This document shows positions 60,506 through 64,000 of a DNA stretch of 64,000 nt, one piece after another. The translations under genes were made by a program, and so were the position numbers. The stretch's first letter is position 1; each line of letters begins with the position of its first letter. The notes under the pieces were generated by a model, which was not told where the DNA came from, searched no databases, and worked only from the letters and a program-made list of their open reading frames with translations. The stretch comes from Patescibacteria group bacterium (GTDB lineage: Bacteria > Patescibacteriota > Microgenomatia > UBA1400 > PJMF01): NCBI GenBank assembly GCA_041747555.1, contig JBGTEY010000011.1, positions 12,696 through 76,695 of the forward strand, written 5' to 3'.

Positions 60506-61825
60506 TTATTGCCCTTGCCGCGTTTCCATACCATAAAACTTAACGCGCTCACCCCTGAAGTACAGGTCAATGTCGCCGAGTGCGCCGTTACGGTGCTTAG
60601 CGATCTTGAGGTTAACCGATTCTCGAATATCTTCGTCTTTTCGATACAAAAACATCACTACGTCCGCGTCCTGCTCAATAGATCCAGATTCACGAAGATC
60701 AGACAGTTGTGGAACTTTCTCGCCCCTACTCTCAATCGCGCGAGACAACTGTGAGAGAGCTAGGACAGGAATCTTTAGCTCACGAGCAATGTTTTTTAAA
60801 CCTTGAGAAATTTCTGCAACTTCTTGGACACGATTGTCTCGGGAACGGCCATGTGCGAGCTGTAGATAATCAACGACTAAGAGATCGATAGAATGTTCGG
60901 TCATCAATCTACGCGCTCTGGTACGCATTTCAAAAATACTCATACCAGGCGTGTCATCGATATAAATCTTTGCATCTGCCAAAACACCCATCGCATCCGA
61001 AATCTTCAAGAAATCCTGCTGATCAAGCCGACCGGTCTTGAGTCGCCAGGCGTCGATATCAGCCTGAGAAACCAGTAAACGATCCACCAACTCTTCTCTA
61101 CTCATTTCAAGAGAAAACAATCCAATGCTCCGCTTGGCTGTGACAGAAACATGATGGGCAATATTCAGAGCAAGTGAAGTTTTACCCATACCAGGACGAG
61201 CAGCTAAAATTATTAGGTTAGACCGCTGCATACCCGCCAAGAGATGGTCGAGATCAGCGTACCCTGTTGGCACGCCACGAAGCTCATCTCCTGATTTCTG
61301 CAACTCATCGAGTCTTTCGAAACTTTCTACCAAGGTGTCTTTAATATGAATAAATGCCTTGCCGCCCTGCTGCTGACTGACTGAAAAAACATGCTGTTCT
61401 GCTTGATCGACGATGTCGGCTACGTCTTTGGAATCATCAAACGCTAAACTCGCGATTTCTGAACCCATATGGATGAGGCGACGTTTGACATACGCTTCTG
61501 AAACCAGCTTGGCATAATGCTCGACATTGGCTGCAGTGGAAATTTCATTTGATAACTTAGCAATTCCCGCACTTCCGCCTGCTGCTGACAATTTTTTTAG
61601 TTTTTTGAGCTGATTAGTTAAGGTAACGGCGTCGATTGGTTGACGTTTTTCATATAAAGCCTGCATGGCTTCGAAAATTACCTGATGCTGTTGCTCGTAA
61701 AAGCTCTCAGGCACGAGATATTCAGACGCAGTAACGATTGCATCAGGATCAATTAAAACCGCGCCAAGGGCTGAACGCTCTGCTCTGCTGTCGTGGGGCG
61801 GGACTCTCGCTGAAGTTGATGCCAT
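60506..61825 (-). CDS. dnaB: Replicative DNA helicase DnaB
   Basis: N-terminal DnaG-interaction domain (ERSALGAVLIDPDA). RecA-like domain with Walker A GARPGMGKTS and the Walker B region. Confidence 0.93.
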   Translation of the reverse strand: MASTSARVPPHDSRAERSALGAVLIDPDAIVTASEYLVPESFYEQQHQVIFEAMQALYEKRQPIDAVTLTNQLKKLKKLSAAGGSAGIAKLSNEISTAANVEHYAKLVSEAYVKRRLIHMGSEIASLAFDDSKDVADIVDQAEQHVFSVSQQQGGKAFIHIKDTLVESFERLDELQKSGDELRGVPTGYADLDHLLAGMQRSNLIILAARPGMGKTSLALNIAHHVSVTAKRSIGLFSLEMSREELVDRLLVSQADIDAWRLKTGRLDQQDFLKISDAMGVLADAKIYIDDTPGMSIFEMRTRARRLMTEHSIDLLVVDYLQLAHGRSRDNRVQEVAEISQGLKNIARELKIPVLALSQLSRAIESRGEKVPQLSDLRESGSIEQDADVVMFLYRKDEDIRESVNLKIAKHRNGALGDIDLYFRGERVKFYGMETRQGQ

Positions 61826-61895
61826 AGTGTGCTTTGTGGTGCTAGTCGTGCTCGATCATTAGTGACCGTGACACAGGCAGGAAGTGCAAACTCGC

Positions 61896-62555
61896 TTAGG
61901 TTTGCTCAAGAAGAATTAATTGTGTTTCTTCTGGGATTTTTCCTCGTTCTATATCAAGCTTGACCATTGGTTTGGGGTCAAGCCCATACTCTCTGGTGAA
62001 ATCACTCAGTGTAGTCATGTCTGCAAAAACATCCGAGTTGTGAGCGTCAGTTTTGTAGTGCATTGGAATGACAATCCCTGGTTCAAGTGTTCTGATAATT
62101 TTAACCGCTAATTCAGAATTAATAGTGAATGCGCCGCCTACCGGACACAGCAAAATATCAATCGCGCCGATTTTCTCAACCTGTTGCGATGTTAAATCGT
62201 GACCAAGGTCTCCGAGATGACACACGCGTAAGTGATCAATGAGAATAGTAAAAACCGTATTTTGACCTCGCTCTGTTCCTTTACTATCATCATGAAAGGT
62301 AGGCACGCCGAAAATAGAAATTCCGCCAACTTCATACTCACCTGGCTTATCAACGATAAATGGATTGTTTCTGCGAGCAGTACCGCTAATTTTATCAGCA
62401 GCGTTATGATCCTTGTGGTCGTGAGAAACGGTGACGATGTCAGCACTTAGTCGTGGGAGTGTCAAGCCGATGTAATCATCGTAAGGATCGGTAACAGCAG
62501 TGCCTCTTTTGCCTTTTAATTTAAATGTTGAGTGTCCGTGATAGGTAATAATCAT
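61896..62555 (-). CDS. Metal-dependent hydrolase, MBL fold (UPF0173 family)
   Basis: MIITYHGHSTFKL and VSHDHKDHNA metal-binding motifs. Confidence 0.7.
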   Translation of the reverse strand: MIITYHGHSTFKLKGKRGTAVTDPYDDYIGLTLPRLSADIVTVSHDHKDHNAADKISGTARRNNPFIVDKPGEYEVGGISIFGVPTFHDDSKGTERGQNTVFTILIDHLRVCHLGDLGHDLTSQQVEKIGAIDILLCPVGGAFTINSELAVKIIRTLEPGIVIPMHYKTDAHNSDVFADMTTLSDFTREYGLDPKPMVKLDIERGKIPEETQLILLEQT

Positions 62556-62614
62556 AGCGCTAGTCTAGCGTAACAATGTCGATTTGTAAAAGGTGCGGTA
62601 TAATACAAGTTCAT

Positions 62615-63088
62615 ATGCGCAAAGAAGTATTGGCAGCAGTCATTATTGGGCTCAGTTTAGGGTTATTCATTACCTATGGTTTCTATCGAGTACGAAGTAC
62701 TTTAACAGAGACCACGATTACTGATTTACAAACAACTCCAAGCCCGAGTCCAGAAGCTCCCGTGCCAACAAATCTAGCACTCCACAGTCCAGAGGATGGA
62801 ACTATTCAGACAGAAACTACTCTCACTGTTGCTGGTGCAACCATTCCGAATGCGCTTGTGGTGGTGTTTGTGAACGATGCTGATATGATTACTACCGCTG
62901 ATGAAACGGGCAATTTTGCAGTTGAAAGTACTTTAAAGCAAGGAAGTAATACGATTGCCGTTCATGTTGTTGATGAAAACGGTGATACAACGGTTGAAGA
63001 ACGCGTCGTGATCGTTACCACAATTTTTGAAGAAACTGCAGACGCGACCGACTCTGCGCAACAAGAAACTGACGATGATGATCAATAA
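62615..63088 (+). CDS. Hypothetical membrane-anchored protein with Ig-like (Big-like) beta domain and acidic tail
   Basis: TM LAAVIIGLSLGLFITYGFY, then TLTVAGATIPNALVVVFVNDADMITTADETGNFAVE (bacterial Ig-like pattern). Start taken at Met14. Confidence 0.4.
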   Translation: MRKEVLAAVIIGLSLGLFITYGFYRVRSTLTETTITDLQTTPSPSPEAPVPTNLALHSPEDGTIQTETTLTVAGATIPNALVVVFVNDADMITTADETGNFAVESTLKQGSNTIAVHVVDENGDTTVEERVVIVTTIFEETADATDSAQQETDDDDQ

Positions 63089-63809
63089 ACAAACACTAAC
63101 TCTCATTGGTCCAGCTGCACTTGCTGGTGTCCTTTTTGCAATTATGGTACTCATTGGTGGTTTACTACCTGTCCGCGCGGCAACTCCAACACCGTCTCCG
63201 AGCCCAGACACAGAAGACGCAGTCCTCGATGTCAACGCCAAACAAACTATTGAAGAAATAAAAAAACGAATTGAAAAAAATCGATCAAAAGTCCAAGGCA
63301 CTATTGATGATCTCCTCCAAAAGCGACGCGGATTTATCGGCGAAGTACTGCGTGTCACCGGCGAGTCAATCACCGTTGAGAATGCTGATGGCACGACCAT
63401 CATCGCGCTTAGCCAAGGAGTTACAGTCACCAAAGACGACGAAGCCATCCAGGTCGATGATATTGCCGTCGGTAACTGGGCGATTGTGATGGGATCTGTT
63501 CAAGATGATGTCTCAATTGAGCCACAATTTGTTGAGATTTATGAAGAGACACTTCAGCCAGAACCAAAAACAGTAGAACTTGGTACGATTACAAACATTA
63601 ACGCGTCAGAAATTACCCTTACATCAAGAAGTACTGGTGAAAAACTTGTCATTGAACTCAGCACATCCACCGAATATCAAAACGCAGACGGTACCGAGAT
63701 TTCCCGAACTGACTTTGAAGAGGACATGAACTGTCTTATCACTGGTACTATTTCTGACGGAAGTATTGAAGCACTGACCGTGCGTTCACTCGCACCACTC
63801 GATGTCTAA
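63075..63809 (+). CDS. Hypothetical secreted protein
   Basis: Signal peptide MMINKQTLTLIGPAALAGVLFAIMVLIGGLLPVRA|ATPTPSP. The start is ambiguous (track ORF from 63027) and overlaps the upstream gene. Confidence 0.4.
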   Translation: MMINKQTLTLIGPAALAGVLFAIMVLIGGLLPVRAATPTPSPSPDTEDAVLDVNAKQTIEEIKKRIEKNRSKVQGTIDDLLQKRRGFIGEVLRVTGESITVENADGTTIIALSQGVTVTKDDEAIQVDDIAVGNWAIVMGSVQDDVSIEPQFVEIYEETLQPEPKTVELGTITNINASEITLTSRSTGEKLVIELSTSTEYQNADGTEISRTDFEEDMNCLITGTISDGSIEALTVRSLAPLDV

Positions 63810-64000
63810 GTACACCCCTCGTCTTTTAGCGCTATCCAAGAATCTCCAATCAAATCAAGCTATCCTTATCTCAGACATCCATGATATGTACTATTTGACT
63901 GGATTTGAAACGCTCGTGCCAAATGAGCGTGAGGGATATGTAGTACTCACCAAAAAGGCGACTTCTGTGGTCCATGCCAGTTTTACACCAGTTACAAAAT
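63802..64000 (+). CDS. Xaa-Pro aminopeptidase (M24B) N-terminal fragment, runs off window end
   Basis: MSKYTPRLLALSKNLQSNQAILISDIHDMYYLTGFETLVPNEREGYVVLTKKAT matches the creatinase-N/PepP N-terminus (..LISD..N..YLTGF). The ATG overlaps the upstream stop (gATGtctaa). Not in the ORF track because no stop lies within the window. Confidence 0.6.
   Translation, partial: MSKYTPRLLALSKNLQSNQAILISDIHDMYYLTGFETLVPNEREGYVVLTKKATSVVHASFTPVTK

Overview
This window reads as a compact (~90% coding) bacterial chromosome segment with a Patescibacteria/CPR-like (Saccharibacteria-like) character: small housekeeping genes, a Gram-positive-type type IV pilus (T4P) machinery, sortase plus lgt/lspA, and no biosynthetic operons. 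The taxonomic call is inference from gene content only.

Base numbering: my reading of the raw sequence is occasionally 1 nt off against the ORF track (for example near 19920 and 32650). I therefore use ORF-track coordinates where they exist, with starts moved to internal Met codons when a hypothetical N-terminal extension overlaps another feature. Features I located myself may be off by about +/-1 nt.

Content in order:
- 1-6060: a surface-envelope module with two GT-C-type membrane glycosyltransferases, a membrane-anchored GH-A-clan glycosidase, and an LAXTG-type surface protein next to its sortase.
- 6168-8463: a housekeeping run of bL32, nusB, an ACP-like gene lacking the attachment Ser, rnc, rpsP behind a near-consensus promoter, and a KH protein.
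- 8479-11871: T4P assembly genes pilO-pilN-pilM and a PilX-like minor pilin on the minus strand.
- 11946-13751: an unusual cluster in which a CDA-fold deaminase (TadA/GuaD-like) is co-transcribed with a DNPH1/nucleoside-2-deoxyribosyltransferase-like domain fused to a C-terminal ribbon-helix-helix domain. A divergent paralog of the same fusion sits across a promoter region containing a candidate operator.
- 13892-19973: three large envelope proteins embedded in the pilus locus, including a 1157-aa Cys-rich, FN3-containing giant protein.
- 19981-29672: five prepilins, prepilin peptidase, pilC, pilT and pilB.
- 29740-36358: holB, gyrB, ppaC and gyrA.
- 36414-41976: tRNA-Ala(GGC), a Xer-family tyrosine recombinase, an orphan 690-aa helical protein, a lipoprotein-anchored lysyl-oxidase-like copper amine oxidase homolog, and a ~940-nt ORF-free stretch.
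- 41977-64000: yebC, tgt, tsf, rpsB, an SRA-HNH (ScoMcrA-like) type IV restriction endonuclease overlapping a NUDIX gene, folD, nfo, an FkbM methyltransferase, glyA, two convergent HD hydrolases (one behind a 294-nt leader with a terminator hairpin abutting its RBS), gpt, rluD-lspA-lgt, a proline iminopeptidase, tRNA-Leu(CAA), dnaB, an MBL hydrolase, two secreted proteins and the 5' end of an M24 aminopeptidase.

No rRNA, CRISPR array or transposase is evident.
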